From Paraspadella gotoi (lineage: Eukaryota > Animalia > Chaetognatha): a stretch of 64,000 bases of DNA. The notes below the pieces were generated by a model, which was not told the origin of the DNA, ran no database searches, and saw only the letters and a program-made list of their open reading frames with translations. A program made the position numbers and the translations under genes. Location: contig CM119265.1 in NCBI GenBank assembly GCA_051294375.1, positions 26,077,748-26,141,747 of the forward strand, given 5' to 3'. Below, in pieces: positions 25,193-38,629 of the stretch. Numbering within the stretch: the stretch's first letter is position 1; each line of letters starts with the position of its first letter.

Positions 25193-26508
25193 TATACTAG
25201 ATAAAAATCGTTGAGCGAAAGACATTTTCCAAACTTTGTTAAATGCTCTATACTCAACGAAGCCGAAAGGGATTAACACAATGAGTAGCTTATATTTAAA
25301 ATTAATTTAATCGAATCAAGCGACTCAATTGGTTTGTGACGAGGTTTCCTAAATGGTGAACCGACTAAAGATCGCAACCTGGCGGACAACCCGCAGTCTC
25401 GCATCTCCACATTTCTTCTCCACCTTTTCCATCAAGTCCGACCGTTTCCGCGGCGGGCAGCTCACTGGAAAAGGAATACGGTCCACAAACCGATACACAA
25501 AATATCGTCGGAATAGATCGTGCACCTCGCCCTTCAGACAAGCCAAACTACTCCGACTCTTGCTATACAAAACACCTCGAGCGCCTCGATCATCACAGAT
25601 AACCTTAGTACACAGAGAAACATTTCAAGCGAAATACAGTGAAGCCTCAGTCACCGTCGTCGTGTCGTCGGCTGACTTCTTCTGCCTTATGAGCTTAGCC
25701 TTGGTTTTAAAGTTTCTCTCATTCAAATTTCAAGCCAAGAACTACAACTCAACTAAATTTTTTTTTTTTAATCGAACGTCCAAGAAGTAATGTTATCATT
25801 AATTTTAACCTCATATCTCCTTCAAGTATTGTCCGTTTATCAATTGTTTTCTATAGTTTGTAAATACGTTGTTGAAACGTAGATCTTTTTGGGCCTTTGT
25901 TATGGTCTTTTAAGTGTTATTATAGAATTAATTAAATTGAATCAATGAAATAATCTTTGGGACAAGGGTTTCCAAAAAGTAACAGTAAATGAGAGGCGTT
26001 GTAAAGGTTTGGACAAGTACATAACTGGATTATACGTGTAAGTCTATTGGAGTTTTTTTAACTTAATTGAAATTATGAGGCTACGTTTAAATACAAAGAG
26101 TTATCGACCAAAAAAACCTATGAGAAAATAAATATTTTGTGTCATTTGTAGGAAAAAAATTCGAGGTTCTAGAGTATTCTTCCTTGACGTAGTGAGGAGT
26201 AACCTTAAAGCCGCGAAGTCAAAAATCCAGGATTTTCAGACTTCGGACAAATCAGAAGGCCGCGCTCGAAGTCGGAGATTTTAGCGGCAGACGGAAAACG
26301 CAGAAGGACTCGGAATTTTCAATGTTGGTTTTATAACTCTCGTGGAGCGTTTTGACGTGAACGGATGCGGTTTGGCGATTAAAATTGTGTCGGAAAACAA
26401 TTGAATTTAGGTTAAAAAATAGTAAAACCGAAAATTTAAGAGGACTCGAGGATGGTTTAATTCAAGTTATGTAAATATAGATCCGCGCTACTATTTGCTG
26501 CAGCTTAA

Positions 26509-27158
26509 GGCGTAGTAAATTTTTCTAACAAATTTAACTTTAATTAAAATTCTAAAAAAAGTGAGGAACCTAACAACATTTATAACTAATGAACATTATA
26601 TATAAAAAAATTTATAATAAATTTTACAATTTTCGTACGCAGTAGGGCCATAATTTATTAGCTAGTACTAAACCAATAACAGTAAAATTTTCAAAAACCA
26701 GATTTTTTCTAAGATTTTTTTGGCAGATTTGGATTTCGTCATATAAAAAGTTGAGATAAAAAGAATATAAGCCCTTTTTGAAAAAATTCCACTTGCATTA
26801 AGTGGGTCAAAAATTAAAAAAAGCTATATTTTAGGCTGAAAATAACTGTTTAATATATTAAATATAGTTTTTTTTTTAATTTTTTAACGCCACATTAATG
26901 AAAGAATTTTTAAATAATAATTAATATTTGTTCTTTTTAATCAACTTTTGACGAGGAATTCCAAATCTGCAATGCAAATTAAGAAAAGCCTATTTTGAAA
27001 TTTTCGATTTTATAAGGATAGTACTATAATATAAATATAGCCTACTGCGAAAAATTAAAAACATAAAATAATTTTTTTTTAAGCAAATATGTTTACTGAT
27101 GGTAATGTTTGTTCATAATTTACTTTTAGAATTTCCAAAGCGTAACTTTCACTACGCC
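26509..27158. mobile_element. Foldback/MITE with long imperfect TIRs, possibly Kolobok-type
   Basis: Termini TTAA|GGCGTAGT ... ACTACGCC|TTA; inner inverted matches CGCAGTAGG/CCTACTGCG, GCAGATTTGGA/TCCAAATCTGC and AAAAGTTGA/TCAACTTTT. Confidence 0.65.
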
Positions 27159-27959
27159 TTACTGCCATTGTACAAGCTGCAACTTGCGGTGCGTATTGAT
27201 CGTATTTTTGCGAAATGTATNNNNNNNNNNNNNNNNNNNNNNNNNGAGGAAAGAAAGGGAGAAAGGGAGGAATAGAGGAAAGGTGGAATGGAGGAAGGAA
27301 GAGAGGAAAGAAAGGGAGAATGGTGGGGAAAGAAGAGAGAAGAAAGAGAATAAGGAAAAAAGAAGAAAATAAGAAATGGGAATAAAGGAAGGAAGAGAAG
27401 AAGAGAAGAAGGAAACAAGGCTAGAAAAGAAAGAAGAAAAAGAAAGAAAGAAAAAAAGGAAGAGAGAAAAAGAAAAAAGATGGAAGCGAGGAAAGGAAGA
27501 AGGAAGGAGCTTTTAAAAGGTGAAATACACAAGAATGAAAAAAACCCATCAAAATAATGAATATATATAATAGTATATAATAAAATATATATAAGTAAAG
27601 CTAAAATAGTTATCAAAAGTATTTTGAGTAGAAGCAATCAAGGATTAACAGTTCTTTTTTACAACTGATACCCTTTTATCACAATCGATGTCATCTTTAA
27701 ATAGACATGACATCTTTGTGACAGAAAACCAGAAAAGACGAATTTGAGAAAAGAGTTTTGACTTTTGGGACGAATTGAAAAATTTGTCGTCGATTTAACT
27801 TCCGGGAGGGAGAGGGAGAGGGAGAGGGAGANNNNNNNNNNNNNNNNNNNNNNNNNNNNNNNNNNNNNNNNNNNNNNNNNNNNNNNNNNNNNNNNNNNNN
27901 NNNNNNNNNNNNNNNNNNNNNNNNNNNNNNNNNNNNNNNNNNNNNNNNNNNNNNNNNNN

Positions 27960-27995
<36 letters not shown>

Positions 27996-30343
27996 TCATT
28001 TGAAAGACTTCACCTCAGACGAATTGAGACTCGACGGGCGAAAGCGAAAAGGGGAGAATGAATCGAATTGAAATGAATAAAATGAATAAGATTCGGGAAT
28101 TAAATTAAAAAACGATTAAAAAAAAATAGAGAAGAGAAATAATTAATGGATTTGATAATCATCTTATTTTCTCATTGAAATCGAATTCCATTGAATTCGG
28201 GTCGACGAATCTCGAGATCTCATTTCATCGTAATTTTGATTTATTTGAGAAACCTGCTGAGAGATGACTGTTTGTTTGTCTGTCTGTCCCACTTTCTATC
28301 TTTCTGTCTTCCCGTTTCGTCGTCTGTCTGTTTTTCCGTCTGCCTTTCTCTCTTATTCTTTCTAGTAGGAGCTAAAGNNNNNNNNNNNNNNNNNNNNNNN
28401 NNNNNNNNNNNNNNNNNNNNNNNNNNNNNNNNNNNNNNNNNNNNNNNNNNNNNNNNNNNNNNNNNNNNNNNNNNNNNNNNNNNNNNNNNNNNNNNNNNNN
28501 NNNNNNNNNNNNNNNNNNNNNNNNNNNNNNNNNNNNNNNNNNNNNNNNNNNNNNNNNNNNNNNNNNNNNNNNNNNNNNNNNNNNNNNNNNNNNNNNNNNN
28601 NNNNNNNNNNNNNNNNNNNNNNNNNNNNNNNNNNNNNNNNNNNNNNNNNNNNNNNNNNNNNNNNNNNNNNNNNNNNNNNNNNNNNNNNNNNNNNNNNNNN
28701 NNNNNNNNNNNNNNNNNNNNNNNNNNNNNNNNNNNNNNNNNNNNNNAAATCGAGATTCGTGTCTCAGTGAATCAGTTGCTCGTTTTTTACTGGGACAGAA
28801 AACGTTTCTTTTTTTTGGACAATATTTTTACAGTTTTTTATTATAGTATTAATGATAAATTAAGATCCTAAGTAAATTTTCGCTATATACTCCCTGTGCT
28901 TGTGTCACAATTGTGATGACGTTTAAAGAACTAATGATAATTTGGTTTCAATAAGTTTGTCTTTATCCGCAGAAGGTTTTTGAAAAGTAAATTCATCGTA
29001 ACTTTCCTGCATCTATTTCTTTACTTTTCTCTCCAAACTAAAATTATATAATATATATATATAATATACTATATTGACATTCCTCAGGCGTTCTCTTTTC
29101 CAAAGGCACCCCTTTTCTGTTTCTTTATACCTGAACNNNNNNNNNNNNNNNNNNNNNNNNNNNNNNNNNNNNNNNNNNNNNNNNNNNNNNNNNNNNNNNN
29201 NNNNNNNNNNNNNNNNNNNNNNNNNNNNNNNNNNNNNNNNNNNNNNNNNNNNNNNNNNNNNNNNNNNNNNNNNNNNNNNNNNNNNNNNNNNNNNNNNNNN
29301 NNNNNNNNNNNNNNNNNNNNNNNNNNNNNNNNNNNNNNNNNNNNNNNNNNNNNNNNNNNNNNNNNNNNNNNNNNNNNNNNNNNNNNNNNNNNNNNNNNNN
29401 NNNNNNNNNATTATTTTTTTTTACTGATAATGACTTAAAAAATGTCAAATGTCAAAACTTCTGGCAATTTTTTTTTACTTTTTTAAAAACTTTTTAAAAA
29501 AATTCAAAAATCAATTTAATTCCGAATATAAGCTGAAATGGGTCATTTGTGGCAAAATAAGACCGAAAAGGCTAACTTGTCAAACAGGCGAAATAGAAAG
29601 AATGGAACGGACAGAACTGTTTCGCATCTGATGAAAGAAGTAAGAAAGAAAGAAGTGACCAGAACGAGCGCCTCTTAACACTAGGGATCCCTTCAGCCCA
29701 ATAGCCCATCACGAACCTTTCCAACCGGGCGATCTTCCATGCTCGTCATCCACAAAACAGNNNNNNNNNNNNNNNNNNNNNNNNNNNNNNNNNNNNNNNN
29801 NNNNNNNNNNNNNNNNNNNNNNNNNNNNNNNNNNNNNNNNNNNNNNNNNNNNNNNNNNNNNNNNNNNNNNNNNNNNNNNNNNNNNNNNNNNNNNNNNNNN
29901 NNNNNNNNNNNNNGGGTGAAGGCGAGAGAGAGAGAGAGAGCAATGCCATCACTTTTTTCTTGCTCTCTGGCTTCTCGTTCTCGTTTACGCTTCGTGTCTT
30001 CAAATTACCTCTTAATGTAACGTCCGCGTTGGTGCTTCGCTGTTACGCGTTTTGATTCCNNNNNNNNNNNNNNNNNNNNNNNNNNNNNNNNNNNNNNNNN
30101 NNNNNNNNNNNNNNNNNNNNNNNNNNNNNNNNNNNNNNNNNNNNNNNNNNNNNNNNNNNNNNNNNNNNNNNNNNNNNNNNNNNNNNNNNNNNNNNNNNNN
30201 NNNNNNNNNNNNNNNNNNNNNNNNNNNNNNNNNNNNNNNNNNNNNNNNNNNNNNNNNNNNNNNNNNNNNNNNNNNNNNNNNNNNNNNNNNNNNNNNNNNN
30301 NNNNNNNNNNNNNNNNNNNNNNNNNNNNNNNNNNNNNNNNNNN

Positions 30344-30378
<35 letters not shown>

Positions 30379-31559
30379 AACAAATAAAGTAAAAGAAAAG
30401 GCCTATGGACAATTGGACATACATGTTTGAAAGAATTATTATAAATTTTATAAACTTATTGTAAGCAACAAGATTTAATCTAAACAATACCAAATGAAAT
30501 AAAAAGAACGATTTACACACATAGAGAGAAATTAATAAATAGATACGAAATAAAGATTTATCTAGAAATCGGATTCTGTTGAATTGGTATGAATGAGATG
30601 AAGGCTTTTCTCAGTCGGCGGTTGTTTCATCCAATGGATCTGAGAATTCTTAGTCGGCAGCGTGAGGGTAAGGAAAAAAAGGGGTAAGTTAAAGTCAAAG
30701 GAAAGTAAAGAAGTGAAGGGAAACAAACAATAATAAGATCGTGAAGAGACAGTAATTATTGTTATGTGTTAGTGACAGNNNNNNNNNNNNNNNNNNNNNN
30801 NNNNNNNNNNNNNNNNNNNNNNNNNNNNNNNNNNNNNNNNNNNNNNNNNNNNNNNNNNNNNNNNNNNNNNNNNNNNNNNNNNNNNNNNNNNNNNNNNNNN
30901 NNNNNNNNNNNNNNNNNNNNNNNNNNNNNNNNNNNNNNNNNNNNNNNNNNNNNNNNNNNNNNNNNNNNNNNNNNNNNNNNNNNNNNNNNNNNNNNNNNNN
31001 NNNNNNNNNNNNNNNNNNNNNNNNNNNNNNNNNNNNNNNNNNNNNNNNNNNNNNNNNNNNNNNNNNNNNNNNNNNNNNNNNNNNNAAAGCGTTACGAAAA
31101 GGATTTCTATAAAAAGAAAATTCGTCTAATTAATGAAATATTTTTGGTAACTCGTGTTATGGCAAGTTGAGGCGGCGAGAGCGATACGGGAGAAGGGAGA
31201 ATAGAGGAAAAGTGAATAGAGGAACGGAAGAGGGAAAGAAAGGAGAAAGGCAGAATAGAGGAAAGGTGGAATGGAGGAAGGAAGAGAGGAAGAAGGAAGA
31301 AAGAGAGGAATAGAGGAAAGGTGGAATGGAGGAAGGAAGAGAGGAAGAAAGGGAGATGGTGGGAAAGAAGAGAGAAGAAAGAGAATAAGGAAAAAAGAAG
31401 AAATAAGAAATGGGAATAAGGAAGGAAGAGAAGAAGAGAAGAAGGAAAAAAGGCTAGAAAGGAAAGAGAAAAAGAAAGAAGGAAAAAAAGTGAAGAGAGA
31501 AAAAGAAAAAAGATGGAAGCGAGCAAGGAACGAACGGAGGAGAGAAAAAAGATTATTAA

Positions 31560-31690
31560 AATGAGTAGAATGAGTAGAATGAGGAAATTATGAAGAATGA
31601 GTGAATGAGTAAAATGAGTAGAATGTGAGAATGAGTACTTTCGAATAGATTGAGTAGAATAAGTACAATGAGTAGAATGTGGTTGAATGA
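31560..31690. repeat. (ATGAGTAGA)n-like short tandem repeat
   Basis: Seen directly; present only in the second duplicate copy. Confidence 0.8.
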
Positions 31691-32034
31691 AAAAATAAAG
31701 ATAACCGTGAGCTTTGAAAAGGTGAATACACTGAATCAGAAAAAACCCATCAAAAATAATTAATATAATAAATAGTATATAACTAAAATATATTATAATG
31801 TAAAGTCTAAATAGTTATCAAAAGTTATTTTCGAGTAAGAAGCCAATCAAGGATTACAGTTCTTTTTCAACACTGATACCCTTTTATCGACAAATCGTAT
31901 GTCATCCTTAAATAGTCATGACATCTTTTGTGACAGAAAAAAAAAAAACCAGAAAGACGAATTTGAGAAAGAGTTTTTGACTTGGGGACGATTGAAATTT
32001 TGTCGTCGATTTGACTCCGGGAGGGAGAGAGAGC

Positions 32035-32086
<52 letters not shown>

Positions 32087-32524
32087 GCTCATTGAAAGAC
32101 TTCACCTCAGACGAATTGAGATGAGGGCGAAAGCGAAAAGCGGAGAATGACCGATTGAAATGAATAAATGAATAAGGCTATTCGGGAATTAAATTCCAAA
32201 AAGATTAAAAAAATAGAGAAGAGAAATAATTAAATGGATATTGGATAATCATCTTATTTTCTCATTGAAATGAATTCCATTGGAATTCGGGTCGACGAAT
32301 CTGCGAGATCTCATTCATCGTAATTTTGAATTATTTGAGAAACTGTGGAGAAGATGACTGTTATGTTAGTCTGTCCTGTCTATCTTTCTGTCCTGCCCGT
32401 TTCATCGTCTGTCGGTTTCTCCGTCTGCCTGTCTTCCTATCTTTCTAGTAGAGCTAAAGAGGGAAAAAAAAGGTAAAGATCCTTTCTATGTTTGCTCTCG
32501 TCAGTCTCTCTGCTCTCTTCTCTG

Positions 32525-32559
<35 letters not shown>

Positions 32560-33194
32560 CTCTCTCGTCTCTCTCTCTCTCTTCTCTCTCGCATAATCCC
32601 TTTTAAAATAGAAAGAAAGAAGAAGGAAAAGAGAGGAAAAAGCCCAAATCCCTGTTCCACCTGATTTCCGAGTTTTCTCTTTATTTTTTTTCCAAATCGA
32701 ATTCGTGTTCTCAGTGTCAGTTTGCTCCGTTTTTTACTGGGACAGAAAACGTTTCTTTTTTTTGGGCAATATTTTTCACAGTTTTTTTTTTTTTTTATTA
32801 TACGTATAATGATAAATTAAGATCCTAAGTAAATTTTCGCTATATATTCCCGCTGTGCTGTTGTCCAATGTGATTTCGTTAAAGACTAATGATACATTTT
32901 GGTTTCAATAAGTTTGTCTTTATCCGCAGAAGGTTTTTTGAAAGTAATTTTGTAACGAGAATTTTTGAAAAGTAAATTCATCGTAACTTTCCTGCATCTA
33001 TTTCTTTAACTTTTCTCTCCAAACTAAAATTATATATATTAATTACTATATTGACATCCTCAGGCGTTTCTTCTTTTCAAAGCACCCTTTCTTTTTCTTT
33101 ATAACTGACTTAATTTTAAATTGAATATTTAATTTAATCTATTACCAAACTTATAACGTAATCCCTTACCGCATATTCTTAACCATGCACTAAT

Positions 33195-33452
33195 TTCTTA
33201 ATCTTAACCCTCCCACTTTAAACTTAAGAGACCTACTAACACTAATTGCTTATCCTAATCTTTAAACGCAAATTCCTTATCCTAAGTATTTAACCTAATT
33301 CCTTACCCTAATCTTTAACCTAATTCCTTACCTAATTCTTAACGCTAATTCCTTACCCTAATCTTTAACCTAGTTGCTATCATAATCTTTAAACACTAAT
33401 TCCTTACCCTATTCTTTAACCTAATTCCTTACCCTAATCTTGTAAACCTATT
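33195..33452. repeat. 25-bp CCTAATTCCTTACCCTAATCTTTAA tandem (degenerate telomere-like)
   Basis: Seen directly; similar CCTAA/TTAGG tracts at ~380-430, 24770-24830, 47085-47205 and 49555-49625. Confidence 0.75.
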
Positions 33453-33521
33453 TTCCCCTTTACTCTCTACATCTGAGAATCTAAAAATTGAGTTCTTTAA
33501 ACGTTATCACAAGCAGCATCT

Positions 33522-33562
<41 letters not shown>

Positions 33563-34330
33563 CTCTCTTCTCCTCTCTCCTTCTCTCTCCCTACCTCTCT
33601 TCAATTTGTAAATTATTATTTAAATAAAAAAAATTATATTTTTTTTACTGATAATGACTTAAAAAATGTCTAATGTCAAATTCTAGCAATTTTTTTTTTA
33701 CTTTTTTAAAAAATAGCCTTTTTTAAAAAACTTCAAAAATCAATTTAATTCCCGAATAATAAAGCTGAAATGGGTCATTTGTGGCAAAATAGACCGAAAA
33801 AGGCACACTTGTCAAACAGGCGAAATAGAGAATGGAATGGACAGAAATGTTTCGCATTGAATGAAAGAAATAAGAAAGAAAGAAGTGACCAGACGAGCGC
33901 CTGTTAACACTAGGGATCCCTCAGCCCAATAGCCATCACGAACTTTCCAACCGGGCGATCTTCCATGCTCGTATCCACAAAACAGTGGGATCTAATCAAA
34001 GACTCTCTCTCTCTCTCTCTCTCTCTCCTCTCTCATCTCTCTTCTCTCTCTCATCTCTCTCCTCTCTCTCTCTCCTCTTTCCGCGGTGAAGGAAGAGAAA
34101 GAGAGAGGAGAGGCATGCATCACTTTTTTCTTGCTCTCTGGCTTCTCGTTCCGTTACAGCTTCGGTGTCTTCAAATTACCTCTTAATGTACACGTCCGCG
34201 TTGGTTGCTTCGCTGTTACGCGTTTTGATTCCGGCTCTGCTACCTCCATTTAGATTTTTTTTTTATAGCTAGGAACGCTCTCTTCTCTCTCTCTCTCTCT
34301 CTCTCCATCTCTCTCTCTCGTCTCTCACTC

Positions 34331-34361
<31 letters not shown>

Positions 34362-34469
34362 GGCATTCATCGCGTACTCCTTTTTCTTTTTTACGAAGGG
34401 GAGGCTCGGAAGGGACGCCTTGTAAAGCTAGGGTAAATAGGGTGAGGCAGAAAGATAAAAGAGGAAGAG

Positions 34470-34516
<47 letters not shown>

Positions 34517-34943
34517 GAGAGTAACAAATAAAGTAAAAGAAAAAGGCCTATGGACAATTGGCATACATGTTTGAAAGAATTATTATAAATTTTATAAACT
34601 TATTGTAAGCACAAGAGTTAATCTAAACAATACCAAATAAAATAAAAAGAAGATTTACACATAGAGAGAAATTATAAATAGATACGAAATAAAGATTTAA
34701 TCTAAAAGAAATCGGATTCTGTTGAATTGTAATGAATGAGATGAAGGCTTTCCTCAGTGCGCGCGGTTGTTTCATCCAATGGGATCTGAGAATTCTTAGT
34801 CGCAGCGTGGAGGGTAAGGTAAAAAAAGGAGGTAAGCTTAAAGTCAAAGGAAAGTAAAGAAGTGAAGGGAAACAACAATAAACTAAGATCGTGAAGAGAC
34901 GTAAATATTGTTATTGTTAGTGACAGAACCTTCATGTATAACA

Positions 34944-35122
34944 GTCCTGAGCTCGGATCAGGCTTAACACCGTGTTACAGGCGGGTTAAGCGCCCCTTCC
35001 CTTTTAACTGTTAGGCGACCAAACAGGCTAAAACCCGGACGTCTTTTGGGTTGGGCAGCGACTCTGACTGCCTCCGGCGCCAATGCCGCTGATGAACGGT
35101 TGGTGGATTTTAGTCCACCATA
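34944..35122 (-). mobile_element. SINE-like repeat copy
   Basis: Homologous to 16518-16694 (AACACCGTGTTACAGGCGGGTTAAGCGCCCC identical). Confidence 0.45.
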
Positions 35123-35457
35123 AATTGTTGGGTTGGTTTTAAGAATCTTTAAGACGATTGTCTGTCGTTTGATCTCGTGGAGTATTACGGTTACAAAAAA
35201 GTTCCATTAGAAAGCTAAAAGCGTTAGCGAAAAGGAATTCGTTATAAGAGAAAATTCGTCTAATTAATGAAATATTTTTGGTAACTCGTGATATGGCAAG
35301 TTGAGGCGGTAAAGCGGATCTCAAACAGTGAAAGCGACCCAAAAAGTTCACGGAAAAGATCATCCGTCAGCTGAGGTGAAATGCGGGACGTTCGAATCTC
35401 CCAGAGAGAAGAGAGCGAGACGAAAAAAAGATGGAAAGCGGGCACGCAAAGGTCACG

Positions 35458-35515
<58 letters not shown>

Positions 35516-36010
35516 AGGAAGAGAAGAGAGAGAAGAGAGAGAGGATGAGAGAGAGANNNNNNNNNNNNNNNNNNNNNNNNNGAGAGAGTGGATTTGACAG
35601 GACTTCGGTGAGATGAAAAGCGACGCGGCCAAGACCTTCATGAAGGAAAAGGAAGAAAAAAAATTTGGAAGGAAAAAGCAAAGAGCCGGATCATAAGGTT
35701 AGGCTCTTGACGCAGTAACTTTACAGTGCGGGTGTATATCGACTGAAGTCTTGGAGAGGATAAGAACAGGTTACATCCGGGTTTACGTCTCTTATTAAAG
35801 AAGAAATTCCGACTCAAGCCTTTATTGAGTTTTATTGGACCGCTGTATCTACATCCGGGTTTACGTCTTTTATTAAAAGACAAAATTCCGATAAAAATGA
35901 AAGAGTTTTTTGTAAAAACTAAGCATGGAAATACATCCGGAAATACACCACTAAATGTCACAGCAATTTACTCGCAAATTGTCAAATTGTCAACTTGATT
36001 TCATTTCTTT

Positions 36011-36050
<40 letters not shown>

Positions 36051-36542
36051 TTAATTTTATCGAAATCTGAGTTGCCCGTCGTTTCTCGGGTGAGTAACTC
36101 TAAGATCGAGAAGTGAAAACGGGTGAGATTGTGATAAGGAAAGGGATTTGTGACAAATTGATCTCGAAGATATTTATGAAAATGCGGAGAAATTGAGACA
36201 AAAAGTATAAAAATTCCTTCTAAGTATTAACCTGCACTTTGTAATTCCGTTTAAGTTGAATTTATGATATCTATTGTATGATGGAGCTAAATTAAGATAG
36301 AAATTTAGTAATACTGTTTGAGCTGCCTCGACTTTCAAGGTGGTTTCAAATGTAGTCTGTTTATTAAAAAAATGATTAAAACAGTTCATAATTAGGCCGA
36401 TAATTAACTAATAAAAAAGTCCTTTAAATATTGACAACGGTTATAAACAAACGGTCTTAAAACCGTACGACGTCGGACTGATTCAAAAATAATCGGGATA
36501 TCCCGAGTTCACGTTTCTTCCTTGTCTTCATAATCGTCGTCG

Positions 36543-36582
<40 letters not shown>

Positions 36583-37300
36583 AAACTGGGCAAAGTAAGA
36601 CGCAGATATCAAATCCATGGCCGTCGGACGTCGAGCCCTTTTTCTTCCTCTACGGTCACGACCACGATCAGCCACGACCGTAAATACAAATACAGAAATA
36701 TTTGATAAATAATGCGATGATCTTGATGAAGCAATTCTGATTAGGAATGTGACCCGAGTTAGTAAATTTTGTAAAACAATTCCAGACAAGAAAAAAATAT
36801 TTTAATACTGAACATATTTTCGTTTTGCCTTTCAGATATTGATCCGTGTCGACTTTTTGCAACAAACCCAAATCTGCCGAAAGGAAAGTGATTTGCCTAA
36901 AAAGATTTACGTAAAGTGATTTGCATAAAGAGATTTGCAAACAGGAAAATCTCCCGCGCGAAGGAAGAAAAAAAATAATGAGAATGGGATTCGGAGATTT
37001 TTTCTGGTCTCGGAGAAAAGAGAGAGTGAGAGGGAAAGCGAGAGTGAGAGCGAGATAGTGACGGTGATGAAGACAATGTTGGCGAGAGTGTGAGACTGGA
37101 AATGACTGTGTGATCGAAAAATTAAGAAAAAAGAAAGAGAAAAATAGAGAGAGAAAAAAAAGAGTGGAAGAGTCTTAATATTTTTTTTTTATTAATACCA
37201 AAAACAGTATTGACAAAATCAAAAACAATATCAGTGTATAAAACTAGAAAACAGTAAGCAAGTAAAAACTAAACTATTAAAATTCAACAGAAACAAACAC

Positions 37301-37575
37301 TAACAGACACTAACGTTTAAAACTTTAAATGGACTCATAAATAAAATGTTATGAACTAATTCATAAGAAACTATCAAATATAACGTTCAAGAACGTTCTA
37401 AATTCATATTTTTAAACCAAAAAATATCAAGTATAAAAGGAAGCAACATTATTATTTTTAATTAAAAAATTCAACAAAAACAAAAGACACTACCGTTTAA
37501 ATGGACTCATGAATAAAATATTATGAACTAATTCATATGAAACTATAAAATACAACGTTCAAGAACGTTCAAAGA
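37301..37575. repeat. ~90-bp direct repeat, two copies ~180 bp apart
   Basis: GACACTA...AAATGGACTCAT...TTATGAACTAATTCATA...AACGTTCAAGAACGTTC occurs twice. Confidence 0.8.
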
Positions 37576-38629
37576 GTCTTAATAGAAAGCTTGCAGGGTA
37601 CTGCTTTTGTCCAAAGTCAAATGAATGGAAACTTTTTATATTGGTTGCACCAATTTCATAAAACGAAAAAAAAGAAAAAAGTAAATAAATGAAAAAAAGG
37701 CAAGTAAAAGAGAAGTAAAAACTTCGTGAAAAGAAAAAAAAAGAAAGAAAAGTAATAAATGGAGGAAATCGAGTCACGAGTTTTTTTTCGTCACCCGATT
37801 TTTACAGAATCGACGTCACCTTTGAGATCCGGCGCAACTTTCCCGATGGGTTCTTTCCTTTTTTTCTCCCCTTTTCCTTATTTCTTTTACCTTCAAACCT
37901 TCCTTTTAATCTTAACTCTCTTATTTTTGGTACTATATATTGTTGTCGTTTGCTCAGACTTAGTCTATGTTTGTTTGTTGATGATGATTGTACTGAATCA
38001 ACCTTGTTGTATACGAATAAAATCGCATATATATATTTTTCCTTTCCTCCCTTTTGATTTTTTTCTTATTTTCTCATACCTTCTAATATTTTCTTTAATT
38101 TTTACTTCCCCTCTACGATTTATATTCCTCCTTTCCTTCCCCATTTTTTTATTTTATTATTCATTTTATTTTATTTATTTTTATACTATTTGTCGCCTCT
38201 TTAACTTAAATATTTAATTTCTCACATTTCCCCTTTGTTTTTTCCTCTTTCTCCATTTCCTTCTATATTTGTTTTTTCTCCATTTCCTTTCCTCCTAATT
38301 CACTATTTTCTTTCCTCCGTTTATTATTCATTTAATCTCCTTTCCTCCACTTTTTTCCTCCTTCCATCTACCCCACCCCCAATTCCTCCCATTTTCCTCT
38401 CCGGAAATCTTATCCATAGAGTCACACCCATACAAGGTTAAAAGGACTCTCGAGTCTCGAATGGGAAACCACGTGGACGGAGAGAGTCGACGAATGGAGG
38501 GTGAATGAGTGGGAAGGGGTGGTGAATGAACGAGGGGGGATGGGGTGGTGAATGGGGGATTGAATGTGGCAGGAGAGAGAGAGATTGAGTAGTGAATGAA
38601 AGTATGAGTCGCTGGGAAGTATGTATGTA

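Larger units (their letters stand above)
25059..25244. mobile_element. Palindromic (inverted pLTR-like) remnant of a Penelope-like retroelement
   Basis: ~90-bp arms with the axis at 25149/25150 and hammerhead cores at the centre; partial direct repeat of 25000-25055 at 25863-25920. No RT or GIY-YIG ORF seen. Confidence 0.55.
27246..35310 (+). repeat. ~4-kb direct tandem duplication: gapped copy 27246-31176 and gap-free copy ~31190-35310
   Basis: Collinear unique sequence, e.g. CATGACATCTTTGTGACAG (27707/31917) and ACTAGGGATCCC (29679/33908). Most N gaps of the first copy are filled in the second. Confidence 0.92.
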
